Positions 10,806-25,200 are shown, numbered from the stretch's first letter. The stretch: 38,478 bases of DNA from Chiloscyllium plagiosum (GCF_004010195.1 NC_057718.1:64145110-64183587); one strand, 5' to 3'. Made by a program: numbers and translations. The notes: a model not told the origin generated them from the sequence alone.

Positions 10806-11964
10806 AGCCCCATACAGTTGAATAGCAGTTGCCATTCAATGCCATGATACCATAATATGATGAGAGTCAAGAGGCCGAAAATTTTAAAATCCTCATGCCA
10901 AGGATTCTTGGACTGTCTTGATTAATGTTTTGGGTGAAACTCTTGCAGCCTCTGTTTTCTATACTTTACAAATGTGCACTCCTGGAAGTGTCGAGGAACT
11001 TACACATGTCCCTTTCATGAATGATATTATCTACTTTCCTATACCTGTTCAACATTAAACCCTGCTGTGTTGAATTATACACCTGTAGATTTAGCAATGG
11101 GCACTGTATGGAGTTGTCTAAAAGTGAAGATAATCTTCTCATCGTTGGCTACCTCCCAAACAAATTAAATACAGAAAACACAGGTTATTGTAATTAAACT
11201 TCCACGCAAGGTAAGCAAACCTATTACCAGAGTAATTTATGCAGGCATCTGGTAATCAAAGTTACTGATGAATTTGGCATTAAGAATAAGTAACTCTTAA
11301 TGTAATGCCATTTTATAATAGATTTCCAGACACACTAGTCAAGATCAGAGAATGAATTCTATAAATCTACATTGCTGAAGGGATCCTCTCACGTTCTGGC
11401 TGAGTCAATTTGAAACGTGACTCATTTCTAATTTATGCAACAGGAAAGCTCACTCCTGCTCAAGACTGCATATGCATAAATTAAGCAAGTAAATAAATAT
11501 TGTTTGCTTCATTTCTGTACTGCTCCTCCCTCTCTTTCTACTCTCCTCCCTCAGTCTGAGTGGCCACATTGTATGACTAGCAACCTGGAACACATTTTCA
11601 CCCAGTCAGAAATATTTTGAAAATGGAGGGCATGTGCTAATTCCAGGCTTCTTGACCTAATTTTTCCAGTTTCCACAGGGATAGGGAGCAGGGATTCATG
11701 ATGTGGCCATAACTTGAACTTCTGACTCGCTTGCTCCATTGCAGAAATAGATATACCATCATCATCCACAATTTTCATGGGCTTGGATCGGTTTTCAAAA
11801 GGACTCATGGTTTATGGTACCACAAAGGTGGTGCATTATGGCCCCCCTTGCCAACTGTGTGCCCACTCACCCCATAAGGCACTCATGCCCCATACCAGGC
11901 TACATCCTCCACCCAGTCCTAATGACATCTCATACCCAAAATTTAACTGATGGCATTTGCAGGC

Positions 11965-12287
11965 ATTAGATTAAATTAGATTCCCTACAGTGTGGAAACA
12001 GGCTCTTCGACTCAACAAGTCCACACCGACCCTCCGAAGAGTAACCCATCCAGACCCATTTCCCTCTGACAAATGCACCTAACACTGTAGGCAATTTGGC
12101 ATGGCCAATTCACCTGACCTGCACATCTTTGGACTATGGGAGGAAACCGGAGCACCCAGAGGAAACCCACACAAACACGGGAAGAATGTACAAACTCCAC
12201 ACAGACAGTTGCCTGAGGCTGGAATCGAACCTGAGTCCCTGGTGCTGAGAGGCAGCAGTGCTAACCACTGAACCACTGTGCTGCCCC
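11965..12287 (-). mobile_element. Near full-length tRNA-derived SINE (HE1-like)
   Basis: Same family as 2616-2931; A and B boxes on the minus strand; attag repeats at the tail. Confidence 0.9.
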
Positions 12288-12391
12288 TATGTTTACCCAT
12301 GGAAGCCTACTTGAACCAGCTAATCTTAAACTTAAATTTCATTTACAAAAATAGTTATTCATGCATTGTTTTCAAATTACTGATGAAAAGA

Positions 12392-12825
12392 AATTTACAA
12401 GGATATTGCCAGGACTAGTAGTCCTGAGTTATAGGGAGAAGACTGTATTCCGCGGAATGTACGAGAATGAAGGGTAACCTTATTGAGGTGTATAAAATCA
12501 TGGGAGGTATAGATAGGATGAATGAATCCCCATCCCAGGGACGGGGAATTGAAAACTGGAGGGCATAGCTTTAAGATGAGAGGGGAAAGATTTAAGAAGG
12601 ATGTGAGGGGCAACTTCTTCTGCAGACAGCGGTGCATACATGGAATGGACTGCCTGAGAAAGTGGCCACTGCCTACACTTTCGAGGCAGGTACAATAGCA
12701 ACATTTCAAAACAATTTGGATAGGTACATGGATGGTAAGGTTTACAGGCATATGGATCAAATGTGGGCAATTGGAAATAGCTGAGTGGGCATGCTGTCTT
12801 GTTACTATAGAGTCCATTACATAAT
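12392..12825 (+). mobile_element. CR1-type LINE 3' fragment
   Basis: Homologous to ~1880-2330 (gaggtgtataaaatcatg...agggcatagctttaagatgagaggggaaagattt). Confidence 0.8.
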
Positions 12826-13068
12826 ACAGTGAGTGGATAGACATGGAAGTACTAATAGTTTGGCATGGGAGAATAAATAGTCCAGAAGATGAGGGGCATG
12901 GCTTGCCACAGATGGGGCATGAGGGGCTTGTTGTTTGGTGGGGGGAATGAGGTACCATGAAGGGTAGCTGGAAATTCCCAGGGGATGTGTAGGAAGTGGT
13001 TGGTGAGGTCTAGAGAGCCTTGCTGTTTTTATTATGAGTGGACCAAAGTCATACAGCTCCAAAGCAGG

Positions 13069-13159
<91 letters not shown>
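13069..13159. repeat. Compound (CT)n(CA)n microsatellite
   Basis: Directly visible. Confidence 0.99.
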
Positions 13160-13163
<4 letters not shown>

Positions 13164-13404
13164 CTTTTGTACTCAGCTCTTTTTTTGGGCTGACGAGTGA
13201 GAGGATCACATATACCTGAAAACTAAACTGGAAAAGGGAAATTTGGACTGTGATGTTTTACACACACATACATAAAACATACATCCAACGTGGAATTGAA
13301 TGATGTTCATTCACTTTTTACACAAGAACATCCTTTAGAGAAACTGGATTTGACACTTTTGTAAAGCTAGCTATGACTCCAATCAGCAAAGAATTTGTCC
13401 CTGA

Positions 13405-13650
13405 TTCTCATTGACTCCAGTATTGTCAGGCTTCTAAATACCACACTCAACCAACTACAAGGGCAATCACCTTCATTTCCCCTCCGGGGTTCAGCTCTTT
13501 TATCCATGCCCAGACCAAGGATGTAATGAAGTCAGCAGCAGAGCAGAGCTGGTGGAACCCAAATGTCAATGAGCAGATTATTGCTCAGAAATTGTCACTT
13601 GATAGCACTGTTGATGGCACCTTCCATCACTTCACTAATTATCGAGAATA
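13405..13650 (-). mobile_element. Decayed LINE RT fragment
   Basis: Partly similar to the ~25070-25200 end of the minus-strand LINE (caagggc...tcacct...ccat). Confidence 0.5.
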
Positions 13651-13652
13651 AG

Positions 13653-14703
13653 TTTGGATCAGAAATTGGCTAGCTGAAAGAAGACAGAGGGTGGTGGTTG
13701 ATGGGAAATGTTCATCCTAGAGTTCAGTTACTAGTAGTGTATGCAAGGATCTGTTTTGGGGCCATTGCTGTTTGTCATTTTTATAAATGACCTGGATGAG
13801 GGTGCAGAAGGATGGATTAGTAAATTTGCAGATGATGCCAAGGTCAGTAAAGTTGTGGATAGTGATGAAGAATGTTGTGGGTTATGGAGGGACATAGATA
13901 AGCTGCAGAGCTGGGCTGAGAGGTGGCAAATGGAGTTTAATGTGGAAACATGTGAGATGATTCACTTTGGAAGGAGCAACAGGAATGCAGAGTACTTGGC
14001 TATTGGTAAGATTCTTGGTAGTGTAAATGAACAAAGAGGTCTTGGTGTTCATGTAGAAAGATCCCTGAAAGTTACCAGCCAGGTTGATAGGGTTGTCAAG
14101 AAGTTGTGTTAGCTTTTATTAGTAGAGGGATTCAGTTTTGGAGCCATGTGGTCATGCTGCAGCTGTACAAAACTCTGGTGTGGCCACATTTGGAGTATTG
14201 CATACAGTTCTGATCACCGCATTATTGGAAGGATGTGGAAACATTGGAAAGGGTTCAGAGAAGATTTACTGGGATGTTGCCTGATATGGGGGATAGGTCT
14301 TACAATGAATGGCTAAGGGACTTGAGGCTGTTTTCATTAGAGAGGAGATGGTTGAGAGGTGACTTAATTGAGACATACAAGATAATCAGAGGGTTAGATA
14401 GGGTGGTCAGGTAGAGCCTTTGTCCTCCGATATTGATGGCTAGCACAAGGGGGACATAGCTTTAAATTGAGGGGTGATAGATATAGGACAGATGTCAGAC
14501 GTAGTTTCTTTACTCAGAGTAGTAGGAGCGTGGAACACGCTGCCTGCGACAGTGGTAGACTTGCCAACTTTAAGAACAATTAAATGGTTATTGGATCAGC
14601 ATATGGACAAGAATGGTATAGTGTAGGTTAGATGGGCTTCAGATTGGTTCCACAGGTCAGCGCAACATCGACAGCCTGTACTGCGTTGTAATGTTCTATG
14701 TTC
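13653..14703 (+). mobile_element. 5'-truncated CR1-type LINE
   Basis: ORF 13741-14112 (QGSVLGPLLFVIFINDLD...SKFADD...WQMEFN); atgttct tail repeats. Confidence 0.93.
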
Positions 14704-14705
14704 AT

Positions 14706-16010
14706 GGCTGATTTTGGGTTTCAACTCCACTTTCCCATGGATTTCTTACATCATGTGATTTATTAATACACCAAAAATATGTCTGCTTCAGACTTAAATA
14801 TATTCAATGATGGAGTATCCACAACCTTCTGTGATAGAGAATTCTATAGATTCACAATTTTTTAATGAAGTAATTTCTCCTCAGTTCTAAATGATCAACC
14901 TCTTATCTGGAAATGATGCCTCTTTGTTTTCTAAATTTCTATAGAGGCAAACTATCCTCTAAGTATCTGTCACATCTAGTCACAACCTTGAATGTTTCAA
15001 TTAGATCACCTCCTCAGGGAAGGTAATGGCCTACTGGTGTTATTACTGGACGTTAACCCAGAGAACCAATAGTGTTCTGGGGACCTAGGTTCGAATCCCA
15101 CCATGGCAGATGGTGGTGTTTGAATTCAATAAAACTCTGGAATTAAGAGTCTAATGACGACCATGAATCCACTGGAAAAACCCATCTGCTTGAATAATGT
15201 TCTTTAGAGAATGAAACTGCTATCCTTACCTGGTCTGGACTACATGTAACTCCAGACTCACAGCAATGTGGTTGACTCTTAACCGCTCTCTGGGTAATTA
15301 GGGATGAGCAATAAATGCTAGCCTAGCCAGTGATGCCCTCATTCCGTGATGAAACAAAGAGAAAACAATTCTTCCAAACTCCAGAGAATGCAGACCCTGG
15401 GACTAATCGAGTAAGTTTATGGTATAGTGCTTCTAATACATGTATATTCTTCCTTAAATATGAAGATCAAAATTGCACACAGTACTCCAGGTGTGTGGTT
15501 TCACTAGAGTACCATTCAATTGTATTATTCTTGGGACTGCAATTGCCTTTGTAATAAAGGCCTACATTACCTTTGTTTTCTTAATTGCTTGCTTCTTACC
15601 TTTTCTTTTCCTTCTGTGAATACACCCAGGTCTCTCTGAACATCAATATTTCATGCCTTATAGAAATTATTTGGCTTTTCCAGCCTTTCAACCAAAATGA
15701 ATAACCTCACACATCGCCACATTATTTTCCATCTGCACCAATGTTGCCCACTCACTTAATCTGTCTGTATCTCCTTATAGCCACTTTGCGCTTCCTCATA
15801 GCAGACATTTTCTTACCTTTCCATCATCAACAAACTTGGATACATTTCTCTCCATTTCCTGGACTAGATATTTTTAATCAACTTGTTACAACACAGTTCC
15901 GCAGCAGGTGGGACTTGAACCCAGGTCTTTTGGTCTCTCTCCTGCTCTAAGATTGTATAGATTGTAAATAGCCAAAAGCTTCAGAACTGATCCTGTGGCA
16001 CTTTACTCAT
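14706..16010 (-). mobile_element. Old, decayed CR1-like LINE fragment interrupted by a SINE
   Basis: Reverse-complement similarity to CR1 3' regions (aattgcacacagtactccaggtgtg, ataacctcacacat...ccacatta); similar to 21180-21950 and 29636-30050. Confidence 0.6.
15017..15358 (+). mobile_element. tRNA-headed SINE of a second family, with LINE-derived tail
   Basis: tggcctactgg A box and ggttcgaatccc B box. The 3' tail gcaataaatgctagcctagccagtgatgccctcat resembles the LINE 3' end at ~36705-36760. Confidence 0.8.
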
Positions 16011-17519
16011 CACAGTGGTAATTAATCACTTATCAAACAGGTAAAGAGACACTCGAAGAACTGCTCTCACTTCCAGCAAAATATATTATTGTTAAGAGGA
16101 GGGCTGGAGATTTTCAAAACTGGATTTTACCTCAATGCTGTTCCATCTCCCCTTCTCCCAACTTTCAAAAAAATTGTGTCCTCCCAGACCCGGGAATTTC
16201 AAATCTTCAATGTCATATTTGAGAAGGTGCTGCTCGATGAATTGTGTGGTTGATTATGTGGTCCATAGCAAGCCTGAGGTTGTTATAGCTCACACACTAA
16301 ATATTGCAATCTAGCCACAGAGAGCATGTTGTTGGAACAGGGGCAGCAAATGGCCTTACTGTAAATGGAAAAGACTCTCCAAGTTTTCATTTTGCACTAC
16401 ACCAATCCATGAAATACCATATTCAAGGAATCAATTTTACTTCAAGTTAAAGACAGATGTGCAAAATACATATTTAAATTATTACAAATTGCAGACATTT
16501 TGAAAACATTCAGGAAAAAAAATTCTTGATAAAGGTTCCATAATCATTGCAAACAAAACTTAGTCTATTCCCCTTTAAGAGCTCCAACCCCAATCAAATC
16601 AATTAAAAATACATATTGCTGCAACATGTTGCTATGTTTGAATCTTTTGGGCATTAATACAGTTGCAACCTTCACAGCTAGTATATGTAAGCACCAGCTC
16701 CTTATATTCTAGTTTTCCCATATACTGTTAAAACTAGATTTGTATTCTCATGTTATCTGTACCACACAGCTGTGAGTAAACGCTGCCCATTACCTTGTAC
16801 TTAGGATCTCTTTCAGCACACATTTTTGCACCCACCAGCCAAAGTGTGCCAGCACTGGAGTGAGTAGTGTTATCGGGTGTTAGCTGCACAGCTCAAAGAC
16901 TGCTCTGAAAAGTATCACATCATTAGCATGCTCTTTAGAACTTTAAAATCCAGTTCTTCACACCAAACCAGATTAAATTGGAAAAGGATCAGTCGTGATT
17001 TTAGCTAGGTGAACACAACAAAATAAGGCTACAGTTTCTATCTTGTTATGAATGTAATCTGGTCTGCAGTAACAAAGATATTCCAATCTTAGTATCGCTT
17101 ATTCTTCATGGAATGAATTGAATTCATTTGTTCCAACTGCAAAATGATAAAGTTCACACATCTAAGGGTGTTGATAGTAACATTTTCCAAGTTGAACACA
17201 GGCTAATATTAAGTGCACAGAATTAGTGGTAGCCTGGGCTCTCATATTTTCAGTGCTAATTCCAAAATGGACAGGGTGATTGGGACACGCAGAAGAGATT
17301 GTACTGATTTACTGTATCTTAACATTAGGCAAAGTAGCATAGCAATTATTTAAATTAAGATTTTAATCCTTATATTTTTTTCTACCAACGTAAGTTGAGT
17401 GAGTTCTCCAATGGCATCTCACCAGGATCCTGCCATTTTAACCAGCCAATCTGAGCATGCACTAAGGAACTAAAGTTAGCGGGTTTCTTAATTAATGATA
17501 CAAATCAAAGACTCTTTGT

Positions 17520-17675
17520 CGAACAAACAGACCTAGGAGTGCAAGTGCCTATTTCCTTGAAAGTGGATTCACCGGTAGATAGGTGCAAAAGGTGTTTGGC
17601 ACGTTTGCCTTCATTGACAGTGCGCTGAGTATAGGAATTGGGATGTCATGTTATGGCTGTACAGGACATTGGTGA
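17520..17675 (+). mobile_element. Short CR1 RT fragment
   Basis: Homologous to ~1645-1795 (gtcatgttatggctgtacaggacattggt). Confidence 0.8.
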
Positions 17676-17779
17676 CATTATTGGACTCTGATTCTCTGGC
17701 CTGCCTTTACTGCCTATTGAACAGTGAGAAGGTTTATACATCATAATCAAGATAAAGCTATTTCTCCTCCCTTGTGGAA

Positions 17780-19754
17780 TCTGGAGAATCACTTATTCAA
17801 ATACTCCGCAGGTACCTTGGACCAGTATGCCACCACCGTCATAGACTTTATCAGCAAATGTGTGGAGGACTGCATACTGAAGAAGTCAGTCCGGGTGTAC
17901 CCCAACAGGAAACCCTGGATGAATCAGGATATACAGAACATTCTAAAAAGTAGGCATGAGGCCTTCAGATCAGGAGACCCACTCAAATATAAGGAATCCA
18001 AGCATGACCTTCGCAGAGCCATTAAGACAGCCATGGACCAATACCAATCCAATCTAGAGACCCAGACAGACACCTGGTGATTATGGCAAGGATTGAATGA
18101 CCCCACAGGTTCCAAAAAAGAGACAGTGCAAAATAGCAGACGATGACACATCCCTCCCAGATCGTCTCAGCGCCTTCTATGCTTACTTTTTTGAGAATTA
18201 TTTGAGCAGAAGTAATACTTATTCCGACAAGTCCTGATGAACCTATCCCAACAGTCACTGCATCAGAGGTCAGATCAGTTTTCCTTTGTGTGAATCCAAA
18301 GAATGCCATGGGACCAAACAGAGTACCAGGCCGTGCTCTCAGAGCATGCGCAGATCAACTAGCAGAGGTCTTCGCAGACATCTTCAACCTCTCCCTGCAG
18401 TAGGCCACTGTCCCTGCCTGTTTCAAGAGGGCCAACATCATCCCTATGCCTAAGAAGGCTCATGCAGCAAGTCTCAATGACTATGTCCAGTGGCCCTAAC
18501 TTCAGTGGTCATGAAATGCTTTGAAAGGCTGGTCATGGCATTAAGCAACTCCAGTTTCCCCACTACTCTTGACCCACTCCAATTTGCCTATCGGACCAAC
18601 AGATCCACATCAGATGCTATATCACTTGCCCTTCAATCCTCCCTAGAACATCTTGACACCAAGAAACAGCTACGTAAGAATCCTACTCATTGATTACAGT
18701 TCAGCCTTCGACACTATTATTCCCTCAAAACCGATTACTAAATTTAGTGATCTCGGACTAAGCCCCACTCTCTGCAACTGGATCCTCAGTTTCCTGACCC
18801 ACAGGCCACAGTCAGTGAAGATTGGGAACAATATTTCATCCTCACTAACACTCAACACTGAAGTCCCCCAGGGGTGCATATTTAGCCCCCTACTGTACTC
18901 ACTGTATACCCATGACTATGTCACCAAATACCAGACTAATGCCATTTACAAGTTCACTGATGACATTACCATAGTCGGTCAAAACTCAGACGGCAATGAA
19001 ACAGACTACAGACAGGACGTGGAAGACCTGGAAAAATAGTGCAGAGAACAATCTAGCTCTTAATGCCAGCAAAACCAAGGAACTCATTATTGACTTTCAG
19101 CAGGGTGTTACTCATGCCCCCCTACACATTAACAGCACAGAGGTGGAACGAGTGGAGAGTGTCAAGCTCCTGGGAGCAGTCATCCAGAACAAGCTTTCTT
19201 GGACCCTTCATGTGGACACACTGATTACAAAGGCCTAAAAATTTCTCTTCTTCCTCAGGCATAAGGCGATACCCTTGCCAACTTTTATTGGTGTGCCATC
19301 GAGAGCATTCTGTCTGGATGTATCATTACCTGGTATGGCAACTGTACCATTCAAGACGGGAGAGGGTTACAGAGAATGGTGAACTCGGCCCGGACATTCA
19401 TAAAGACCAATCTCCCATCTATAGAATCCACCTACCAGGCCCGCTGTCAAGAAACGGCCACCAGCATTGTCGAAGATCCATCCCACCCTGGCAATGTTTT
19501 TCTACAATTTCTACCATCGGGGAGAAGGTACAGAAGCCTGAACACACACACCAGCCGGTTTCGAAACAGTTTCTACACTACTGTTGTTCGAATACTGAAT
19601 GGACTCACAAATTCTTAACATTCACCTGTACCTGTGTTTTTGTTTTTGCTGCTATTTACCTATTATTTACTTATCTATGCTACTTAATATGTGATCTGCC
19701 TGTATTGCTCACAAGACAAAGCTTTTCACTGTGCCTCGGTTCACATGACAATAA
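17780..19754 (+). mobile_element. 5'-truncated, frameshifted Rex1/Babar-type LINE
   Basis: ORF pieces include [79 protein letters not shown] and LPSGRRYRS; ends in gacaataa. Confidence 0.88.
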
Positions 19755-19757
19755 GTT

Positions 19758-20874
19758 TGGACTTCAGCAAGGCATTTGACAAGGTTCTGCATGGTAGACT
19801 GGCTAATAAGATTAGATCACCTGAGATCTAGGGGACCTAGCCAATTGAAACAAAATTGGCTTGAAAGTAGAAGACAGAAGGTGACGGTGGAGGGTTGTTT
19901 TTTTTGGACTGGAGGCTAAGACCAGTGGAGTGTCATAAGGATCAGTGCTGACACCAGCAATTTTCATCATTCATATAAATGATTTTGATGTGAATTTAGG
20001 AGGTATGGTTTGCAGATAATACTAAAATTGGTGGTGTATTGGACAGTGAAGAAGATTATCTGAGAGCACAATGGGTCATTGATCAGATGGGCCAATGGGC
20101 TGAGGATAGGCAGATGGAGATTAATTTAGATAAATGTAAGGTGTTGCTTTTTGGTACAGCAAACCAGGGCAGGACTTATACACTTAATAGTAGGGCCCTG
20201 GGAAGTTTGCCGAACAAAGAGACCTGGGGTGCAGGTGCATAGTTCTCTGAAAGTGGAGTCGTAGGTAGATAGGGTGGTGAAGGCAGGGTTTGGCATGCTT
20301 GCCTTTATTGGTCAGTGCATTGAGTATAGAAGTTGGGATATCATGTTGTGGCTGTAAAGAACATTGGTAAGGCCAATTTTGGAATACTGCATTCAATTCT
20401 GGTCGCCTTTCTGCAGGAAGCAAGTTGTTAAACTTGTGTGCAGGAAAGCTTTACAAGGATGTTACTGGGACTGGAGGTTTTCAGCCAGAGGGAAAGGCTG
20501 AATAAGCTGAATAAGAGTTGGAGACTGAGGAGTGATCTTATTGAAGTTTATAAAATAGGATGAATAACCAATGTCTTTTTGCTAGGGTGGGACTGTCCAA
20601 AACTAGAGGGCGTAGGTTTAAGGTGAGAGGGGAAAGATTTAAAAAAGACCTGAGGAGTAACCTTTACATGCAGGAGATGGTGCATGTATGGAACGAGCTG
20701 CCAGAGGAAGTGGTGGAGGCTGGTACAATTACATTTAAAAGGCATCTGGATGGGTAGATGAATAGGAAGGGATATGGGTCAAATGCTGGCAAATGGGACT
20801 AGATCAGATTCAGATGCCTGGTCGGTGAAGATGAGTTGGACTGAAAAGTCTGTTCCCATGCTGAATGGCTCTAC
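19758..20874 (+). mobile_element. 5'-truncated CR1-type LINE
   Basis: Colinear with 1190-2337; starts ggacttcagcaaggcatttgacaagg; many stops. Confidence 0.9.
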
Positions 20875-21179
20875 AAGGTCGGGTCTCCATTTTGTGAGGC
20901 CAAGCCTGGAAGCTAATGAATAATATTATGGCCCCAACATTTGTGGGCAGGTCTGGAATGACATAAACCAAAACTGATCTGAAGCATATATTTTGGCATA
21001 GATATGCACAATAGTTCCTCATCATATCTTAGAAGGGCAACTCCTGGAAGGCAGCTGGCTAACAGGCCGACAAATGAACAGGGATAGGCCAAATTTGGGA
21101 GCACTAGAAGATGGGGCTGAGGGAGCAGAAAGAGATCTAAGATTGCCAACAAGAGGAATGAGAGGAAAGCTTAAAGTCA

Positions 21180-21950
21180 GGAGAGCTGGAGAGAACAAAG
21201 GACTTCGGAACCGAAGCAAGCCATTTGGCTTTGTGAGCATGCTCCACCATTCAATAACATAATGGCTTACCTGGTCTCAACTCCATTCTCCTGTCTGGCA
21301 ACCTATAACCCTCAACTCAAAATTTGACTCTGCCTTGAGTAAATCCACTGACTGAGCCTTCACCATTAACTTCATGGTCACTTTGAATGACCTTCTGAGA
21401 GAAAAAAACTCCACCTTTTTATTTTAAACTATGTCCCCTAGTTCTGGTCTCTCCCACAGGAGGAAACAGGAGGACCTATTAATAATCCTCTTAGGATCTC
21501 ATATGTTTCAATAACATCAACTCTAATTCTTTGAAACTCCAATGGATATAGGTTCAACGTTTCTTCATAAGATGAGCCTTTACTTCAGGAATGAATTGAG
21601 TGAACCTTCTCTCAACTGCTAAAGTAGTTATAATTATTTTTTCAAATAAAGAAGCTAAAGCTATACATAATACTCTAGATATAGTCTCACAAAAGCCACG
21701 TACTGCTACAATACAACTAAACTTCCTACTTTATAGTCAATCAACGTTTAATAAGTCTTCCAAATCATTTGTTCCATTTATTCATTAACCTCTCATCATG
21801 GAGTCCTGCAATCCCTCTCCAATTAAGTAGTATACTGCTTTTCCATTCTTGCCACGAGGATAAGTTCATATTTTCCCACATTATATTCCATCTTTCAATT
21901 GTTTGTCCACTCAACATATCTATATTCTTTTGCAGACATTCTACCTTCTC
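21180..21950 (-). mobile_element. Old decayed CR1-like LINE 3' fragment
   Basis: Similar to 14706-16010 and 29636-30050 (gctccaccattcaata...ctcaactccattctcctg). Confidence 0.55.
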
Positions 21951-22057
21951 TTGAGGGAGTTGGTTAACTTAAATAGCCGGATGGCTGGTTTGCCATGCAG
22001 AGTAACTCCACTTGCATGGATTTAATTTCAACACCTGCATTCTTGACCTTACCTTAG

Positions 22058-22301
22058 AAGGGACCTAAGGGGCAACCTTTTCACATGTCTGGTGGTGCGT
22101 TTATGGAATGAGCTGCCAGAGGAAATGGTGGAAGCTAGTACAATTACAACATTTAAAAGGCATCTGGATGGGTATTATAGATAGGAAGGGTTTACAGGGA
22201 TATGGGCCAAGTGCTGGCAGGTGGAACTAGATTAGGATGTCTGGTCGGCATGGATGAGTTGGACCGAAGGGTCTGCTTCCATGCTGTATATCTCGATGAC
22301 T
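22058..22301 (+). mobile_element. CR1 3' end
   Basis: Highly similar to 2095-2337. Confidence 0.9.
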
Positions 22302-22799
22302 AAGTGCTGTCATACTTTATCTCATTTATCTCTCAATAAAGGATTCTAAACCTTGTTCTTTGTCCTAGATAAAGTCATTTGTCAGGATTGTGGTAATGAC
22401 ATCTTTAGTTAACAGAGCTACTCCATCATCGTTTCCTAGCTAATTACCATTTCAAAACATCAAATATCCAAAGATTTTTAGGCCCCAGCCTTGGTGAACC
22501 AGCAGCCAGTCTCTGTACTGGTTATCAGGTTATGCATATTTATCTCACTCTGTGCTAACAATTCTTCCTGTTTACAAATGCTCACATACTGAGCCTTTAA
22601 CTTTGTCTTTATACCATTTTTGCAATCTCTGGCCTTATCTACTAGAGCATCCTTAAGTTTGTATTCTTCTCTCTCTTCCTGTCACACTTGGGTTATCATT
22701 ACCCAAATCACTATCCTGCTCTATGAACTCACAAGATTCCTTCCACACACCATTTAGTGCAAAGCTTTCTACTGCCCTAATTAAATGAATCACATACTC

Positions 22800-22992
22800 T
22801 GTATCACAGAGTCCCTACAGTGTGGAAGCAGACTATTCAGTCCATTCAGTGCACACCGATCATCTGAACAGCATCCCTCCCAGACCCATCCCATTTCCCT
22901 ACCTCGGTAACCCCACATTTACCATGGCTAACCCTCATAGTCTGCATATCCCTGGACACTATAGACATTTTAGCATGGCCAATCCACCTAAA
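22800..22992 (-). mobile_element. HE1-like SINE 3' fragment
   Basis: ccctacagtgtggaagcag...ttagcatggccaatccacctaa, as in the other copies. Confidence 0.8.
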
Positions 22993-23732
22993 TCTGGTCC
23001 CAACACAGTTCAGTTAAAGGCTGCTGCAGCAGTACAGCTCCAATTTCCCTCAGTACATGTGACAGTGCCATCTATTTATTTCACAGCAGTCTCTGAGCCA
23101 CACTTCATTCCTCTAATCTCATTTGGTCATACACCATTTCACTGAGGGTATAACTCAGAGACTGAGGCTCTACTTTTCTAATTCAGCCTCCAGCTGCTCA
23201 TAGTTTCTCAGCAGAACTTGATTCCTGCTCCTGTCCATGTCGTTGATATCCACCTAGACCATGGCAACTGGCTTCTCTCCCTCCCACTGTAACCTCCTCT
23301 CCAACCTAGAGCAGGTTTCCCAAATTCATACACTTGGCTGGAAATACATTTGCCAAAGACTTTGTTCTATACTGTGTCTTATTATCACAATATTCCTATT
23401 TACTCCCCATCATTAGAATGTTACCGTGGTCAGTTATCTCATCCAAGTTGCGAGCTCTACTCGCATCTGTACACGTTCCCAAAATCTCAAAATTGTTAGA
23501 AAATTGCAAGGGTTGATGCACCTCCACTTCTTGGTCCTCTTACCTCTCTTCCCCACAGTCACACCCTCCTGTCCCTGATCAAATTGGATGACCCAATCTA
23601 AGAGGTGTGACTGTCTCTTGAAACAAAATCTCATGGTAACTTTCCTCCCTTTTCACTCTCCTTGATGCATGTCATTGTCAGTGGATTGATCTCCAGCTCT
23701 TTGAGATACAGCTCCTTGAGTTGCAGACACAT

Positions 23733-23967
23733 GCGGTGCTGGGTCCATTGCTTTTCATCATTTATATAAATGATCTGGATGTGAACATAGGAAGTATAGT
23801 TAGTAAGTTTGCAAATGAACTAACTAAATTGGAGGGGTAGTGGACAGCGAAAGAGGTTACCTCAGATTACAATGGGATCTTGATCAGATGGGCCATGGGG
23901 CTGAGGAGTGGCAGATGGAGTTTAATTTAGATAAATGCAAAGTGCTGGATTTTGGGAAAGCAAAGCA
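23733..23967 (+). mobile_element. CR1 RT fragment
   Basis: Homologous to 1375-1600. Confidence 0.85.
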
Positions 23968-25200
23968 GGTGGTGGTGTTCCCGTGTACCTGCTGCTCATG
24001 TCCTTTCAGATGAAAGCAGTTGTGGATTTGGAAAACGTTGTCTGAGGATCTTTGGTGAATTTCTGTAGTGCATCTTTTTTAGATTAGATTAGATAACCTA
24101 CAGTCTGGAAACAGGCCCTTCTGCCCAACAAGTCCACACTGACCCTCTGAAGAGTAACCCACCCAAACCCTTTCCCTATATTTACCTTGAACACCATGAA
24201 CAATTTAGCACAACCAATTCACCTGATCTTTGGATTGTGGGGGGAAACTGGACCATCTGGAGGAAACCCACGCAGGCACAGGGAGAATGTGCAAACTCCA
24301 CACAGATAGTTGCCCGTGGCAGGAATCGAACCCAGGTCCCTGGCACTGTGAGACATCAGTGATAACCACTGAGCCACTGTGCCTCCCTGTAGATGATACA
24401 TACTGCTACTGAGTCTCAGGGCTGGAGGAAGTGGATGCTTGTGAATGTGATAGCAGTCAAGCGGGCTGTTTTGTCCTGGATAGTGTCAAGCTTCTTGAGT
24501 ATTGTTGGAGATGTACCCATCCTTGCCTGTGGGGAATATTCCATCACACTCCTGACAGGCTTTGGGGAGTCAGGTGGTGAGTTACTCACTGCAGTATTCC
24601 TAGCCTTTGGCCTACTCTTATAGACACTCTGTTCAAGTGGTAGGTGTAGTTGAATTTCTGATCATGATAACCCCCAGAATATTGATAGTGGGGAATTCAG
24701 TGATGGTAACACCATTGAATTTCAAGGGGCAGTATTTAGAACATCTCATATCTCATTTTCTGGCATTTGTGTGATGCAAATGTTACTTGTCACTTGTCAG
24801 CTCAAACTTAGATGTTGTCCAGATCTTCAGTATCTGAGGAGTCACGAATGGTGAACATTATGTAATCATCAGCAAACATCCCCACTTCTGTCCTTATGAC
24901 GGAAGGTAATTAGTGAAGCAGCTGAAGATGGTTGGCCCTAGGACACTACTCCGAGGAACTCCTGTAGAGATGTCCTGGTGCTGTGATGGCTGACCTTCAA
25001 CAACAACAATGACCATCTTCTTATGTGCCAGCTGTGACTCCAGCCAGCAGAGCTTGGTCCCTCCAATACCCACTGATTTCAGTTTTGCTACGGCTCCTTT
25101 ATGTCACAATTGATCGAATGCAGCCTTGATCTCAAGGGCTGAGACTCTCATCTCACCTTTAGAGTACTGCTTTCTACTGATCATGTTGTTCCATTTAGGT
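23968..25200 (-). mobile_element. Decayed LINE RT fragment (CR1/L2 group) interrupted by a SINE
   Basis: Minus ORF 25104-25292 ends in ALEIKAAFD (RT LDxxxAFD motif). Reverse-complement similarity to 35985-36760. Confidence 0.7.
24079..24387 (-). mobile_element. HE1-like SINE
   Basis: Same family as 11965-12287; ttaga tail repeats. Confidence 0.9.

Noticed and set aside
12200..12287. tRNA-like A and B boxes (also in the other SINE heads)
   Set aside because: These are SINE heads continuous with SINE bodies, with no complete cloverleaf.
12985..13219. ORFs with SL and TH repeats
   Set aside because: Translations of the (CT)n(CA)n microsatellite.
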